From NCBI GenBank assembly GCA_043827405.1, contig JBDRPD010000001.1, positions 14,651-78,650 of the forward strand: 64,000 bases of DNA. Direction: 5' to 3'. The notes under the pieces are model-generated. The model was not told where the DNA came from, searched no databases, and saw nothing but the letters and a program-made list of their open reading frames with translations. Positions 9,863 through 20,395 of this stretch are shown in pieces (position 1 is the first letter of the stretch; each line of letters opens with the position of its first letter). This DNA is from Elusimicrobiota bacterium (GTDB lineage Bacteria > Elusimicrobiota > Elusimicrobia > UBA1565). The translations under genes were made by a program, and so were the position numbers.

Positions 9863-12800
9863 CGTATGATCAGCAGCTTCCTCACGACCCGTTCCTGTCC
9901 GGGGCTTTTGATTACGGCAAAGTAGCCGCCGGAGGCCGCGTCGCGTCCCGAATCGCCGCGGACGTCCCACTGTGCCCGGCCCGAGTTCCCCGAGTTGAAG
10001 GCGGCCACGCGCCGCCCCGAGAGCGTATAGATCGTTATCTCCGTGCTTTCCGGCAGCTCGGAGAAGATGATTCCGGAGTTCGCATTGCCGGCACTGAAGG
10101 CGACTCCGTCGTTGGGGTCGTCGTTGCCGGGGACGAACGGCACCGGGAATACGTTGACCTCGTCGGCGCGCGCATGCGCCGGCGCGGCGAACAGCGCGAA
10201 GAAGCTGAAGTGCGGCGTGAGGCCGGTGACGGTATGGCTGGCCAGATCGACCGTCGAAACGATGTCATCCGTCCATTTCCCGGTCACGACGTCATAGGAG
10301 TACATGCGCAGGCTGCTGGCGCTGATGTTCAGCACGTCGACTCTCCCGTCGTCGTTGTCGTCCGGGTAGGTCAGCGTGATCGCGGCCATTTGGCCGCCGG
10401 CGAGGTCGGTCTGCTGGTTCGAGAGCGTGATCTCGACGCTGACCCCGGCCGACACCAGGTCCGTTCCCGTCGCCGGCAGGCTCGTCGGGTTATTGGTGAC
10501 GCTCGCCGTTACCGTGGAGGCGCTGAGCGCTCCGGCGGGAATGACGATTCTGACCAGCTTCTCGGACGACTTGTCCGCCGCCTGGATGGTGTTCTGCGTC
10601 CCGTTGTTGATGACCTGCTCGACGACGGTATCGCTGCCGTTGAAGCTCTCGCTGACGTCGAACTCCGCGCTCGCGGTTTTGCTGATCGTTATGCTGGGAG
10701 GCGTCGGGTCGGCGGTCAGCGCGATATCGGTCGCGACGGCGCGCAGATCGTACGCGGTGGCGGACATGGCGTCGATGTTCCACTGAACGAAGTAAGGGAA
10801 TATGCGGTCCGGGTTGGGATGCTCGGCATCGGCCGCCGGGATATTCCGCCATACGCTCTCCGTGGAGACCTTATACTGGAACAGAACCTCCCGCGTCTGC
10901 AGCGGAACGCCGAGGCGGAGCTCGGCGGCGACCGTCAGGCGGTTGCCCTTTACCCGCTGTCCGCTTAACGGCGAGCTGACGGCGGCGCGCACGGCGGGTA
11001 AAGTGTCAGCGGCCCCCGCCGCCGCGGTGACATGGGTGTTGGTCTCCTCCATCCCGCAGACGTTGAGGGCGCGCAGGCCGAAGACGTAGGCGGCGCTGGA
11101 TGCCAGGACGTTGGTCGTAAAGCTCGTCGCCGTCGAGGCCAGCACCGCCAGCGGCGCGCCGTAGTCGACGCTGCCGTCTCCCGCGTCGTAGTAGAGGCGG
11201 TAGGCCGCGATCTGCGAACTCGGCGAGGGCGTCCAGCCGAGCGCGATGCGCCGCCCCGTCAGGCTCTCGGCCGTAAGCGCCCCCGGCGCCGCCGGGGTGG
11301 AGTTCGCGGTCATGAATTGCAGCGTCGTGTCGTACGCCGTCGTGATGCCGTCGCCGTTGATGTTGCGCACACGGAAGTAATAGGTGGTGCACCCGAGCAG
11401 CCCGTAGTCGGTGTAGCCCGCCGCCGCCACGGAGGCCAGCAGGCCGAACGCCGCGTTGTCGGTCGACCGGTACAGCTGCGCCTGCGTCCCCGCCGGATTG
11501 CCGTTGAGCCCCCAGCTGAGCACGGCGCTCGAGCCTTCCACCGTATCGGCCGCGGTTCCCGTCGGCGGGGCGGCCAAGGTCGTTGCCGAGCCGCTCGCCG
11601 AGGCGGAACCTGTGCCGCCCGCGCCCCAGCCTTCGGCGTAGACCTGATACCGGGTGTTGGGGACGAGGTACGCCTGCGTGAGCGCGGCCGCCGCCGTCGT
11701 TCCGATCACGGTCGCATGATCGGTGGAGAGGCGCAGGCGGTAGCCGTCGGCGCGGGCGGCGGCCGACCAGGTCCAGCTGATCGAGGAGATGCCGAGCACG
11801 CTGCCCGCGGGCTGTCCGGGGGCGGCGGGGGGCGGCGGCAGGGTGGTGGTCGTCACCGCGGTATCGAACGCCGTGACGACGCCGCCGTTGCCGAGCGTTC
11901 GTACCTTGAAGAAATAGGAGGTCGTGGAGGCCAGGCCTTCCGCGAGGTGCGCGCTGGTGGTTACGACGGTCTTGACCGGCGCTGGGAAGGTGATGTTTTC
12001 GTCGCGCCAGACCTCGTAGGAGGTGCCCGGTTCGGCGTTGCCGTTGGGCGACCAGTCGATGTAGGCCGAGACGCCCGTTACGTACTGCGCCGCCGTGGCC
12101 GTCGGGGCGTTGGCCGCGGTGGAGGTCGAACCGAAATCGACATAGACGCTGATGCTGTTGAGGCCGACCGCGCGGACGCGCAGATAGTGGGTGGTGTTGG
12201 CCTGCAGGGCCGGGCCTTCGCCGCCGGCGCCGAAGGCGGCGCTGGTATTGCGGGTCATGGAGCTGGCGTTGATGGAGGTGAAGCCGTCGGTGGACAGCTG
12301 GGCTTCATAGGAAGTGCTCGGGCCGTTGCCGCCGGAGGTCCAGCGCCCGGACAGCGCGTTGGTTACGACGCCGGAGAATATCGTCGTGTCGACGCCCGGC
12401 GGCAGCAGCAAGGTCGCCGTCGTCGGCAGTACGGTGTAGAGCGAGCCGGAGCCGTTATGGCCGAGCGCCTGGACGCGGAAGGAATAGGTGGTGTTGGCCG
12501 TCAGTCCGCCGAACTCGACGGAGGTGTAGGGCGTGCGGCTGGAAGTGTGGAGCGTGGTGAATTCGTCGGTGGAAAGCTCGATATTGTAGAGCGTGCCGGC
12601 CGGGCTGCCGTCGGCGTCCCAACGCGCCGTGATCGTGCTGAAGGTGATGCCGGTGGGATCGAGCGGCAGCGGCCGCGCGGCCTTGGTCGGCGTGCCGGGC
12701 GGGCTCGCCGGCGCGCTGTACGTTCCGCCGTGATCGACGGCGCGGATGCGGACAAAATAAGTGGTGTTGGGGATGAGATCGCCGCCCGAGCCGCCGGAGC

Positions 12801-15800
12801 CGAACAGCACCGAGAGGTTGCGCGTCATCGAACTGACGTTGGCGGTCGTGAAGTCGTCGGTGGAGAGCGCGGCGTCGTAGAGCGTGCCGTCCGGATTGCC
12901 GTTCGCCGTCCAGGTCACGCTGATCGAGGTTACGTCCACGGCCGCCAGCGTTCCATTGTCGGGCGGACGGGCCAGCGTAAACGAGCGGCCGAGGTCGGTG
13001 TAGGGCGTCGCGGCGCCGTTGCGGTTGACGGCGCGGGCGCGGACGTAGTGCGTGGCGTTGGTCTGCAAATCTTCACCGGCGCCGCCCGCGCCGAAGAGCA
13101 CCGATGTTTCGCGCGTCGCGGAGGTGAGGTTGACGGTCGCGAAGCCGTCGGTCGAGAGCTGTACCTGATAGGATGTGCCGGCGGGATTGCCGCCGGCGTC
13201 CCAGTGGGCGCGGACGGCGTCGGCGGCGATATCGCTGAAATAGCCGGCGCCGGGAGCGGCGGCGAAGGTCGCGTCGGTCGCGCCGACGACGATGTAGTGG
13301 GCGCGGCCGCCGTGGCTGAGCGCGCCGACGCGGAAGTAGTACGACGTGTCGGGCGACAGCCCCGCCGCCGTCAGCGTGCTCAGCTCGACGTTGGCGGTAA
13401 TTGAGGAAATCAGGATGCCGCCGAAGGCCGTGTCCGTTCCCGCTTCCAGCACATAGCCTTCGCAGGTATCGGTAGGGGGGGCGGTCGGCAGCGGGACCCA
13501 GTTCAGGGTGACGCTGGTGATATGGAGCCCGGCGAACTGGCCGCCGCCGACGGGGTTCGGGAGAGTCGCGACGGTAATGGTAGCGGCGTAGACCAGCAGC
13601 GAGGAGTGGCCGGCGGCGACGCGCAGGTAATGGGTCGTATTGGTCTGCAGGTTGAACACGGTGAGAGATTCGACCAGGTCGTTGGCGGTCGACGATGATT
13701 CCACCGTGCCGCCGAAATCGGCGGCCGACGACGACTCCAGCAGGTAGCCGTTGTTGGCAAAGACGGAGAGCCAGGTGATGGTAATGCTCGAGGGGTAGAC
13801 GGCGCCGACGGCCGGCGAGTCCGGCGGCGGGTCGGTCGACAGGGTCGCGGCGTTCGGGAGAGCGGCGTAGCCGGTTTCGGCGTTCTCGCGGTTGCGCGCC
13901 TTAACGCGGAAGTAGTAGGTCGTGCTGTTTGTCAGGCCGGTGAAGCGGAAGTCGAAACCCGTGAGCCAGCCGCTGGCGGCGACGCCGGAGGTGAACCCTG
14001 CGTCGGCGGCGATCTCGGCGCTGTATTCGGTGCCGGCGGGGTTGCCGTTCGCGCCCCAGTGGGCGCGCAGCGCGGTCGGGGAAAAGCCGCTGTGCGGCTG
14101 CGGCTCCGGCAGCGCCGCCAGCGTGATCTCGGACGGGAGGGCCGCGGCCGCGGTGGTTCGTCCGGCGCCGTTGCGGGCGCGGACCCGGAAATAGTGCGTG
14201 GCGTTGGGCGCCAGGCCGGTGAACGCATGGGCCAGCGCGGCGGCCCAGCCGGAGTCCGCCTGTACCTGTGCGAAGCCTTGGTCGTCCGCTCTTTGCGCCT
14301 GGTACTCCACCGCCGACGGGTTGCCGTTCGCCGTCCACTGGACGGTAACCGATGCCGCCTGGACGTCGCTGGCGGCGGCGGCGCCGGGCGTATTGGCCAG
14401 GGTATAGGTGGTGACGGCGGCGGTGTAGGCGCTCGCGATGCCGCCGTGATTGACGGCTTGGATGCGGTACTGGTAGGAAGTGCCGGGGGTGAGCGCCGAG
14501 CCCTCGCCGCCGGCGCCGAAGAGGGCGGTGGAGCCGGAGGTGGCCGAGCTGGCGAAGACGCCGGCGAAGCCGTCGCTGGATATCTCGGCCGCGTAGCGGG
14601 TGCCGGCCGGGTTGCCGTTGGCGGTCCAGTTGACGGTCAGGGCGTCCGCGGCGGCCGCGGGGGGCGCGGCGGCCGGCGCTTTGGTCAGCGTGACCGCGTC
14701 CGGCAGCGACGCGAGCGTAGTTTCCTCGAGCTTGGCGCTGCGCGCCTTGACGCGGAAATAGTAGGTCGTGTTGACCGCCAGCCCGCCGAAGGCGTGGCTG
14801 GTCGCCGTGATCCAGCCGGAGTTCGCGGGCGAGGAGAAGCCCGGATCCGTGTCCCGCTCGGCGTAGTACTCCGTATTGGCCGCGTTGCCGTTGGCCGACC
14901 AGGCGGCGGTGACGTTGTTCTCCGTGATGCTCAGCGGCGGGGCGCTCACGGGCCGGGCGGCGTGGGTAAGTGTCGACGAGAGAACGGTCGCCGCGGACTC
15001 GGTCGCGGCGCCGTTGCGCGCGGCGACGCGGAAGTAGTAGGTGGCGTTGCTTACCAGGCCGGTGAAGGCATGGCTGGTGGTGTAGATCCAGCCGCTGGAG
15101 GTGCGGCCGAGCGTGAAGGCCGCGTCGTTGGCGCGCTCGGCGAGGAACTCGGTCATGTCCGGGTTGCCGTTCATCAGCCAGTTGGCGGTAACCGAGCTTT
15201 CGCCGACGCCGGATAAGGCGGCGGCCTCGGGGCTGGCGGCCAAAGTGTAGTCCGCGTTCAGCGGGACGCTGGAGGTTTCGACGCCCTGGTGGCTGCGCGC
15301 GCGTACCCGGAAATAATACGGGGTGTTGACCGTGAGGTCGGTGAACGCTTCGCTGGTATCCGTCGTCCAGGCTCCCGCGTTCAGGTTGGAGGTAAAGTCC
15401 GCGTCCTCGGCGATTTCGGCGAGATATTGCGTGCCCGCCGGATTGCCCGCGGCGCTCCAGTTGGCCGTCAGCGCGCTGTCGGTATGACCCGAGAACGCCG
15501 CCGCCTGCGGCGCCAGGGCGAGGGTCGCCGTCGTCGGCAGATCGAGCGCCGAGGTCTCGACCTGCGCCGCGCTCCGGGCCTTGACGCGGAGGTAGTAGGT
15601 GGTATTGACCGCCAGCCCCGCGAACTCGTAGCTCAGGGCCGTTGTCCAGCCGCTGCCGACGGCGTCGCCGTAGCCGCTGTCGGCGGCGCGCTCGGCGTAG
15701 TATTCGATGCCGGCGGGGTTGCTGTTGGCGGTCCAGTTGGCGGTCACGGCAACCGAAGAAACGCCGGTCGGTTCGGCCGATCCCGGTTGCGCGATGGTCG

Positions 15801-18800
15801 TCGCCTGCGCGGGCAGGGCGGTGACGGCGGTCTCGGCGCCGGCGGCATTGCGCGCGCGCACGCGGAAGGAGTAGCTCGTATTGGGGCTCAAGCCCGTGAA
15901 CTCATAGCTGACCGCGGTCGTCCATGGGGAAGAGACCAAATCGACGGTGAAAGCCGCGTCGTCGGCCTTTTCCGCGAGGTATTCAATGGTCCCCGGGTTG
16001 CCGTTGGCCTGCCAGTTGGCGGTGATGGCGACATCGGTCACTCCGCTGGGACTGGCGGAAAGCGGCGGCGCCGGCAAGGTCATGGTTTCCGGCAGGATCG
16101 TGGTCAGCGATACCAGCTGGCTCGAATTGCGCGCTTTGACGCGGAAGTAGTAGGTAGTGTTCAGCGTCAGGCCGGAGAAGGTATGACTGAGCGCCGAGAT
16201 CCAGCCCGAGTTCGCTTGTCCGGACGTATGGCCCGCGTCGTCCGCCTTTTCGGCATAGTACTGGGTGCCGCCGGGATTGTTGTTCGCCGTCCACAAAGCG
16301 GTGACGGAATGCGAGGCGACGTACAGCGGCGCCGCCGCGCCGGGCGGGGCGGCAAGAGACTGCGTTACGGGCAGATCCACGGGAGCCGTTTCGGTGCCGT
16401 AGCTGTTGCGCGCGCGGGCGCGGAAGTAATACGTCGTTCCCGGGGCCAGGCCGTTGAAGGTATGGCCGGTGGCGGTGATCCAGTTCGAGCTGCCGTAGCC
16501 GACGGTGTAGCCGGAGTTCCGCGCGTACTCGGCGCGGTACTCGGTGCCGCCGGGGTTGCTGTTGTCGAGCCAGCTGGCGGTGATGGAGGAGAACTCCACC
16601 GCCGACGGCAGCTGCGCGATGGGGGTGGTGGCCAGGGTGACCACGGAGCCGAGCGAGGCGTCGGCGGTCGGCAGCCCTCCCCAGTTGAGCGCGCGGGCGC
16701 GGAAGTACTGGGTCGTGTTGGGCTCGAGGTCTTCGCCCTCGCCCCCGCGGCCGAACGTCATGGCCGTCTGCTGGGTGAGGGTGCTGACGTTGGTGGTGGA
16801 GAAGGCGTCGGTGGAGCTCTCGACCGCGTAGCGGGTGCCCGCGGGATTGCTGCTGGTCGACCAGTTCGCGGTCACCGCGTTGTCGGCGGTGCCGCTGAAG
16901 GCCGCCGCTCCCGGCGCCGCCGCCAGCGTCGCCGTTTCGGGCAGGGTGGTGAACCCGCTCTCCACCCCCGCTCCGTTGCGGGCTTTGACGCGGAAGTAGT
17001 AGGTCGTGTTGCGAAACAGGGTGTCGAAGTTGAAGTTCAGGGCGGTGGTCCATTCGCCGCCGGTGGGGCCGGAAAAGCCGGGGTTCGCCGCGCGTTCGCA
17101 GTAATACTCCGTGCCCGCAGCGTTGCCGTTGGCCGTCCAGTTCAAGGTGATCGACGACAGGCTGATGTCGGAAGCGGCGGCCGAGGCCGGCGCCGCGGGG
17201 ACGGTGACGGCGTTGGGTAGGGAGGTCGTCGAGGTCTCGATGCCGGTGAAGCCGCGCGCCTTGACCCGGAAGTAGTAGGTCGTTCCCGACGAGAGACCGC
17301 TGAATACGTGGCTGGTCGACGTCGTCCAGCCCGAGTTCTCTAGCCCCGCGATGAAGTCGGGGGCGTTGGCTTTTTCGGCGTAGTACTGCGTCCCGCCGGG
17401 GTTGTCGACGGCGTCCCAGTTGGCGGTCACCGAGCCGATGAATACATTGGTGGGCGCGGCGGCGGCGGGGGGGCGGGGGTAGGTTAGAACGGCGGGCAGG
17501 CTGACCGTGGAGGTCAGCACGCCGACGCCGTTTTTGGCCCCGGCGCGGAGGTAGTAGGTGGTGTTGGGCGCGAGGCCGGTGAAGGCGTAGCTTTCCGCCG
17601 TGGTCCACCCGGAGTTGGCCAGGCCGCTGTTGAACAGGTTGTTGAGCGCGCGCTCGGCGCGGTACTGCGTCCCGGCGGGGTTGCCGTTGGCGGTCCAGGC
17701 GGCGGTGACGCTGGAGATGCCGAGGTCCAGGGCGGCGGCCGATGCGGGTACCTCGGCGCCGCTCATCGAGGACCAGACGAAGGTGGAGGACTGGACGAGG
17801 TCGGTGCGGCGCGCACGGCCGCGGAAGTAGTAGGTGGTGTTGACCGCCAGGCCGGTCACTCCCATGCTGAGCGCGGTGGTCCAGCCGCTGTCGGCCAGCC
17901 CGGCGGTGAAGTCGACGTCGTTCGCTTTCTCGACGAAAAACTCGGTGCCGCCGGGGTTGTCGTTCTCTCCCCAGTTGGCCGTCATGCTGGAGGTGGTCAC
18001 CCCGGTGGACGCCGCCGGGGCGGGATAGTCGGCGAGGGTGCGTATCGAGATGGCGGTGGAGGTCGCCGAGTCGACGGCGTTGCTGACGACGATGAAAGCG
18101 GAGTAGGAGGTATTGGGCAGGAGGTCGATCTCGCCCCAGTCCATGGTGTCGCCGGCCAAGTCGCCGGAGAGCATCTCCTCGTCGCCGGCGCGCAGCACCA
18201 GCACCCCCGAATTGTTAGTCGCGCCGGGCGACCAGGCCCAGACAACTTCCCGGGCCGTGGCCGTTGTCAGGCCGGCGTCCATCGCCGGGACGCCGTTGAG
18301 CGGCGGGGTGCCGAGGATCTTGCCGTAGCCCCATTCGTCGTTCGGGGTGCCCTGCGTGAAGCCGTCCTCGCGGCCGGCCTGCAGCTCGCTCATGATCTGC
18401 GCCGGGGTCAAGTTCGGATTGGCGGCCAGCTTGAGCGCGATGACGCTGGTGACCACCGCCGCCGCCATGCTCGTGCCCTCGGCGTAGCGGTGGAGGTTGT
18501 CCTGGGCGATGTACGTGTCGTCGGGCGGCTCGTCCATGTCGGCCGACATTGCCGACCCGACGCGCTCGCCCGGCGCCATGATGTCGGGCTTGTAGCGGCC
18601 GTCGCGGGTCGGCCCTTGGCCGCTGAAGCCGGAGAAGTCGCCGAAGTTGCAGTTGATGTCGGTCGCCGGGTTGTCGTTGAGGTCGAACCAGGAGAACTTG
18701 GAGCAGTAGGAGCCCGCCTGGATGACGTTGGCCGCCAGGCCCGGGCTGGCGACGGTGCCGAGGGTGCCCGCCGAGAAGGTGGCGAAGCCGGTCTCGCCGG

Positions 18801-20160
18801 TGGTGTAGCCGTTGACCGTGCCGCCCGGCGCGGTGGTGGTCAGCACGACCTCGTAGAAGGCGGCGGTGATGGGGTCGGCGGTGATCAGGACGCTGATGCG
18901 TTTGTCGCCCGCCGGATGGCCCGGATAGGCGCCGTTGGTGATTTGGATGAGATGGCCGTCGAGGGTGTCGGAGTTGTTGCTGCCGTCGGTCGCGCTGACG
19001 CTGCCGGCGACGCCGTCGAGGATGACCTCGACGGTATAGGCCTGGCTGCTGTCGAACCAGAACTCAGACCATGCGGCCGTCGCTTCGCTGATGAGGTCGA
19101 TCTGCACCGTCTCCGACGAGCTGTCGGTCATGTCGAGCTCGGCGTGCATGTCGTTTTCGGCGGAGTTGCCGGCGGCGAAGACGATGGGGGTGCTGATGCC
19201 CAGAGCTGAGAAGGACTGCTCCAGCGCCGTCGTGCCGTCATGCGGGCCATAGTCGGTCGTCCAGCTGATATTGATCACCAGCGGCATGCCGAGGGCGCCG
19301 GCTTTGGCGATGAGATAGTTGGCCGCGTCGAGGAGGCCGGTCTCGGTGCCGTCATGCTTGACCACCATGATGGCGGCGCTCGAGGCGAGGCTGGTGAAGG
19401 TGCCGGGGGGCTGCAGATCGTTGCCCGCGTTGCCGTTGCCGGCGGCGATGCCGGCGATATGGGTGCCGTGCCCGTCGGTGTCGGAGGAGCGCACGACCCC
19501 CGCCGGGATGCCGTCGAGCTCGTCGTTGATGTTCGCTTCGGTCCACTCCGAGCCGTAAGCGAAGCCGCTGGGGTTCGGGCCGCCGGCATCGCTCTGGTCC
19601 CAGATATTGCGGATGCGGGTGTAGGTCGTGACGTCGACGAAGGTGAAGTCGCTGTGGCGCCAGTCGATTCCCGTGTCGATGATGCCGACGATCACCCCCG
19701 CGCCGTCGATGCCGTTGAGGTCGGAGTTGGCGGCGAGGACGCCGAGGTAGCCGCCGGCGTACATGTTCGCCGAGGCCACGACGTCGAGCGCCGGTCGCAC
19801 CCGGTGGGAAATTTCGATCGACCGGATCAGCGGGCTCTGCGCGAGCTCGTCGAGCAGCGCCAGCGGGATGCGCGCCGTCACCACGCGGCCGGTCAGGCTG
19901 CCGATGCGGGCCTGCGGGAACCGTGCGCGCAGCGCTCCCATATCCGCATCCTGCTCCAGCCGGATGAAAACGTCCGCCATGGGCGTGGGCTGTTCGGGAT
20001 GAAGGGCGAAGCGGCTCTTGAGCCGCTGCAGTTCCTCGCGGGACGCGTCGCGCATTTGGCGCAGGTGGAAGTCGGCTTTATCGGGCGCCTGGGCGGAAAC
20101 AAGGGGCGCGCCGACCAGGCCGGCCGTCAGCACGATGCAGAGCGCACGAACAAATTGCAC
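9859..20160 (-). CDS. 3433-aa secreted S8 subtilase with roughly 25 FN3 repeats and a T9SS-like C-terminal domain
   Basis: GTG start with GAGGGG SD and a signal peptide. Triad motifs IIDTGID, HGTHIAG, GTSMAA. Repeated 'W.ANGNP.GT.Y...GL.PNTTYYFRV.ARN' units. C-terminus ends '...RKLLIIR'. Confidence 0.9.
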   Translation of the reverse strand: MQFVRALCIVLTAGLVGAPLVSAQAPDKADFHLRQMRDASREELQRLKSRFALHPEQPTPMADVFIRLEQDADMGALRARFPQARIGSLTGRVVTARIPLALLDELAQSPLIRSIEISHRVRPALDVVASANMYAGGYLGVLAANSDLNGIDGAGVIVGIIDTGIDWRHSDFTFVDVTTYTRIRNIWDQSDAGGPNPSGFAYGSEWTEANINDELDGIPAGVVRSSDTDGHGTHIAGIAAGNGNAGNDLQPPGTFTSLASSAAIMVVKHDGTETGLLDAANYLIAKAGALGMPLVINISWTTDYGPHDGTTALEQSFSALGISTPIVFAAGNSAENDMHAELDMTDSSSETVQIDLISEATAAWSEFWFDSSQAYTVEVILDGVAGSVSATDGSNNSDTLDGHLIQITNGAYPGHPAGDKRISVLITADPITAAFYEVVLTTTAPGGTVNGYTTGETGFATFSAGTLGTVASPGLAANVIQAGSYCSKFSWFDLNDNPATDINCNFGDFSGFSGQGPTRDGRYKPDIMAPGERVGSAMSADMDEPPDDTYIAQDNLHRYAEGTSMAAAVVTSVIALKLAANPNLTPAQIMSELQAGREDGFTQGTPNDEWGYGKILGTPPLNGVPAMDAGLTTATAREVVWAWSPGATNNSGVLVLRAGDEEMLSGDLAGDTMDWGEIDLLPNTSYSAFIVVSNAVDSATSTAISIRTLADYPAPAASTGVTTSSMTANWGENDNPGGTEFFVEKANDVDFTAGLADSGWTTALSMGVTGLAVNTTYYFRGRARRTDLVQSSTFVWSSMSGAEVPASAAALDLGISSVTAAWTANGNPAGTQYRAERALNNLFNSGLANSGWTTAESYAFTGLAPNTTYYLRAGAKNGVGVLTSTVSLPAVLTYPRPPAAAAPTNVFIGSVTANWDAVDNPGGTQYYAEKANAPDFIAGLENSGWTTSTSHVFSGLSSGTTYYFRVKARGFTGIETSTTSLPNAVTVPAAPASAAASDISLSSITLNWTANGNAAGTEYYCERAANPGFSGPTGGEWTTALNFNFDTLFRNTTYYFRVKARNGAGVESGFTTLPETATLAAAPGAAAFSGTADNAVTANWSTSSNPAGTRYAVESSTDAFSTTNVSTLTQQTAMTFGRGGEGEDLEPNTTQYFRARALNWGGLPTADASLGSVVTLATTPIAQLPSAVEFSSITASWLDNSNPGGTEYRAEYARNSGYTVGYGSSNWITATGHTFNGLAPGTTYYFRARARNSYGTETAPVDLPVTQSLAAPPGAAAPLYVASHSVTALWTANNNPGGTQYYAEKADDAGHTSGQANSGWISALSHTFSGLTLNTTYYFRVKARNSSQLVSLTTILPETMTLPAPPLSASPSGVTDVAITANWQANGNPGTIEYLAEKADDAAFTVDLVSSPWTTAVSYEFTGLSPNTSYSFRVRARNAAGAETAVTALPAQATTIAQPGSAEPTGVSSVAVTANWTANSNPAGIEYYAERAADSGYGDAVGSGWTTALSYEFAGLAVNTTYYLRVKARSAAQVETSALDLPTTATLALAPQAAAFSGHTDSALTANWSAAGNPAGTQYLAEIAEDADFTSNLNAGAWTTDTSEAFTDLTVNTPYYFRVRARSHQGVETSSVPLNADYTLAASPEAAALSGVGESSVTANWLMNGNPDMTEFLAERANDAAFTLGRTSSGWIYTTSHAFTGLVSNATYYFRVAARNGAATESAATVLSSTLTHAARPVSAPPLSITENNVTAAWSANGNAANTEYYAERDTDPGFSSPANSGWITATSHAFGGLAVNTTYYFRVKARSAKLEETTLASLPDAVTLTKAPAAAPPAAAADALTVNWTANGNPAGTRYAAEISSDGFAGVFASSATSGSTALFGAGGEGSALTPGTSYQYRIQAVNHGGIASAYTAAVTTYTLANTPGAAAASDVQAASVTVQWTANGNPSAVEYQAQRADDQGFAQVQADSGWAAALAHAFTGLAPNATHYFRVRARNGAGRTTAAAALPSEITLAALPEPQPHSGFSPTALRAHWGANGNPAGTEYSAEIAADAGFTSGVAASGWLTGFDFRFTGLTNSTTYYFRVKARNRENAETGYAALPNAATLSTDPPPDSPAVGAVYPSSITITWLSVFANNGYLLESSSAADFGGTVESSSTANDLVESLTVFNLQTNTTHYLRVAAGHSSLLVYAATITVATLPNPVGGGQFAGLHITSVTLNWVPLPTAPPTDTCEGYVLEAGTDTAFGGILISSITANVELSTLTAAGLSPDTSYYFRVGALSHGGRAHYIVVGATDATFAAAPGAGYFSDIAADAVRAHWDAGGNPAGTSYQVQLSTDGFATVNLTSATRETSVLFGAGGAGEDLQTNATHYVRARAVNRNGAATPYTDLGRSFTLARPPDNGTLAAVDVTSISVTWTANGNPDGTLYDAALSTDDFTTANVSSMTRNLSVLFGSGGSGGDLIPNTTYFVRIRAVDHGGTYSAPASPPGTPTKAARPLPLDPTGITFSTITARWDADGSPAGTLYNIELSTDEFTTLHTSSRTPYTSVEFGGLTANTTYSFRVQALGHNGSGSLYTVLPTTATLLLPPGVDTTIFSGVVTNALSGRWTSGGNGPSTSYEAQLSTDGFTSINASSMTRNTSAAFGAGGEGPALQANTTHYLRVRAVGLNSISVYVDFGSTSTAANAPTATAAQYVTGVSAYIDWSPNGNAEPGTSYEVWRDENITFPAPVKTVVTTSAHLAEGLASTTSYFFKVRTLGNGGVVTAFDTAVTTTTLPPPPAAPGQPAGSVLGISSISWTWSAAARADGYRLRLSTDHATVIGTTAAAALTQAYLVPNTRYQVYAEGWGAGGTGSASASGSATTLAAPPTGTAADTVEGSSAVLSWGLNGNPAGTQAQLYRSTDNAAFGLLASVAAAGYTDYGLLGCTTYYFRVRNINGDGITTAYDTTLQFMTANSTPAAPGALTAESLTGRRIALGWTPSPSSQIAAYRLYYDAGDGSVDYGAPLAVLASTATSFTTNVLASSAAYVFGLRALNVCGMEETNTHVTAAAGAADTLPAVRAAVSSPLSGQRVKGNRLTVAAELRLGVPLQTREVLFQYKVSTESVWRNIPAADAEHPNPDRIFPYFVQWNIDAMSATAYDLRAVATDIALTADPTPPSITISKTASAEFDVSESFNGSDTVVEQVINNGTQNTIQAADKSSEKLVRIVIPAGALSASTVTASVTNNPTSLPATGTDLVSAGVSVEITLSNQQTDLAGGQMAAITLTYPDDNDDGRVDVLNISASSLRMYSYDVVTGKWTDDIVSTVDLASHTVTGLTPHFSFFALFAAPAHARADEVNVFPVPFVPGNDDPNDGVAFSAGNANSGIIFSELPESTEITIYTLSGRRVAAFNSGNSGRAQWDVRGDSGRDAASGGYFAVIKSPGQERVVRKLLIIR

Positions 20161-20315
20161 GCAGTTGTCCCCTCGCCTGCGGAGCGGCGTTAGGTCCCGC
20201 GGGCGTGTCTATGTGTATATATACGTTAACTACTGCCTAAAAAGCATATAGCCCCGCCCAAGTTGTAAATCAAGATCATTTTTGTTACATAACTCCATCT
20301 CCGGCCGGCGAAAAC

Positions 20316-20344
20316 TTGTCGCGCCTTTCAGCGTAATGTAGAAT
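20316..20344 (+). promoter_or_regulatory. Putative sigma70 promoter for the ndk operon
   Basis: TTGTCG-17 nt-TAGAAT. Confidence 0.5.
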
Positions 20345-20395
20345 GAACAGGACGCCTGCCTGGCGCATCATTCAACTCAACGGAGCAGCATTGTT

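Noticed and set aside
11032..17608. Long alternative-frame ORFs (790, 643, 541 aa and others) over the giant S8 gene
   Set aside because: Shadow ORFs caused by high GC and codon bias. They are Arg/Gly-rich with no motifs and overlap a clearly real gene.
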